DNA of 64,000 nt, taken from the NCBI RefSeq assembly GCF_006345805.1, contig NC_043012.1, forward strand, positions 40,486,001-40,550,000. Reading direction: 5' to 3'. Every line of letters begins with the position of its first letter. Positions within the stretch are counted from its first letter, which is position 1. This document shows positions 63,211 to 64,000 of the stretch, one piece after another. Position numbers and translations under genes: made by a program. The notes under the pieces are model-generated. The model saw only the letters and a list, made by a program, of their open reading frames with translations. It did no database searches and was not told the origin of the DNA. The DNA comes from Octopus sinensis. Taxonomy: Eukaryota.

Positions 63211-63737
63211 TATATATAAATATATATATATATTGTAAGGTGGAGAGAAATGAATGATTGTAGCACACAATAGAAGACTTTCCTTGTCTTCTTTCTCGAT
63301 CCAGCAGCAGAACCCATCCAAAAGCTTTAGCAAATGGTTTTCTCGTCTGTTTCCAGTTTGTGGGTGTATGAGGAGCATCTAAGGCGATGGTGGTGGTGGT
63401 GGTGGGGAGACGGTGATTATGGATCGGGGTCAGACGAAACCGCGAAGAACAAAAACAGAAACAAGCGCAAAAACGAAAACAAAGAGAGAACAACAGTGAC
63501 GTCACCACCACCAACAACAACAACGACAACAACAAACTACATGAATTGATGCATGTCAAATGTTCGGGACGTTTGACTTTTTATAATGTCTTTTTTAAAG
63601 CAGTGATCACGTGATTGTTACTCTGCGGGAGCGAACGATTGAAAGAGAATCACACGCGCCACAACGTTCTCTTGTTTTAGCTATTAAGGCCACGCTTCAC
63701 CTCTGGCTTCTCTCTCTCACACACATCAAGTACGCGC

Positions 63738-63793
<56 letters not shown>

Positions 63794-63879
63794 TGTGTGT
63801 GTGTGTATCTGTGTAAATGGTTATGTGAGTGTAAATGGCTATGCATGTGTTCAGCCTAGAAAGGATCATACATATTCTT

Positions 63880-64000
63880 TTATTCTTTTACTTGTTTTTA
63901 GCCGAAGAAATCGACCCCAGGACTTATTCTTTGTGTGCCTAGTATTTATTCTGTCGTTCTCTTTTGTTGAACCGCTAGTTTACGGGGACGAAAACACACC
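63880..64000 (-). mobile_element. SINE A 3' half, cut by the window edge
   Basis: tcgaccccaggacttattctttg...gaaccgctag.ttacggggacg. Confidence 0.8.

Overview
Animal genomic DNA, AT-rich and saturated with repeats. I found no complete protein-coding gene, rRNA, genuine tRNA gene or CRISPR array. The dense (TA)n/(CA)n/(TATG)n microsatellites and the tRNA-derived SINE families look like an octopus or other coleoid cephalopod genome; this is recognition, not a database result. Contents: two full-length decayed mariner transposons plus a fragment; two solo LTRs with 4-bp TSDs; a CR1/L2-type RT fragment; several non-autonomous Helitrons, one a 1.6 kb composite; pogo/Tigger-like and hAT-like MITEs; and over 40 SINE copies. 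I label SINE heads A-D and tails i-iii locally; heads and tails combine modularly. There is also a 1.09 kb tandem duplication and two minisatellites with higher-order structure. The most notable signals are a core-intact minimal type I hammerhead ribozyme (17865-17926, minus) with further hammerhead relics and six long fold-back palindromes (a possible Penelope/retrozyme footprint), head/tail shuffling among SINEs, SINE-B tandem dimers sharing one junction, and a candidate first coding exon (54191-54286, minus). Almost all ORFs in the supplied track are microsatellite or SINE artefacts; only the mariner and LINE frames look like real, now dead, coding sequence. Coordinates were read by eye and may be off by several bases for degenerate repeats.
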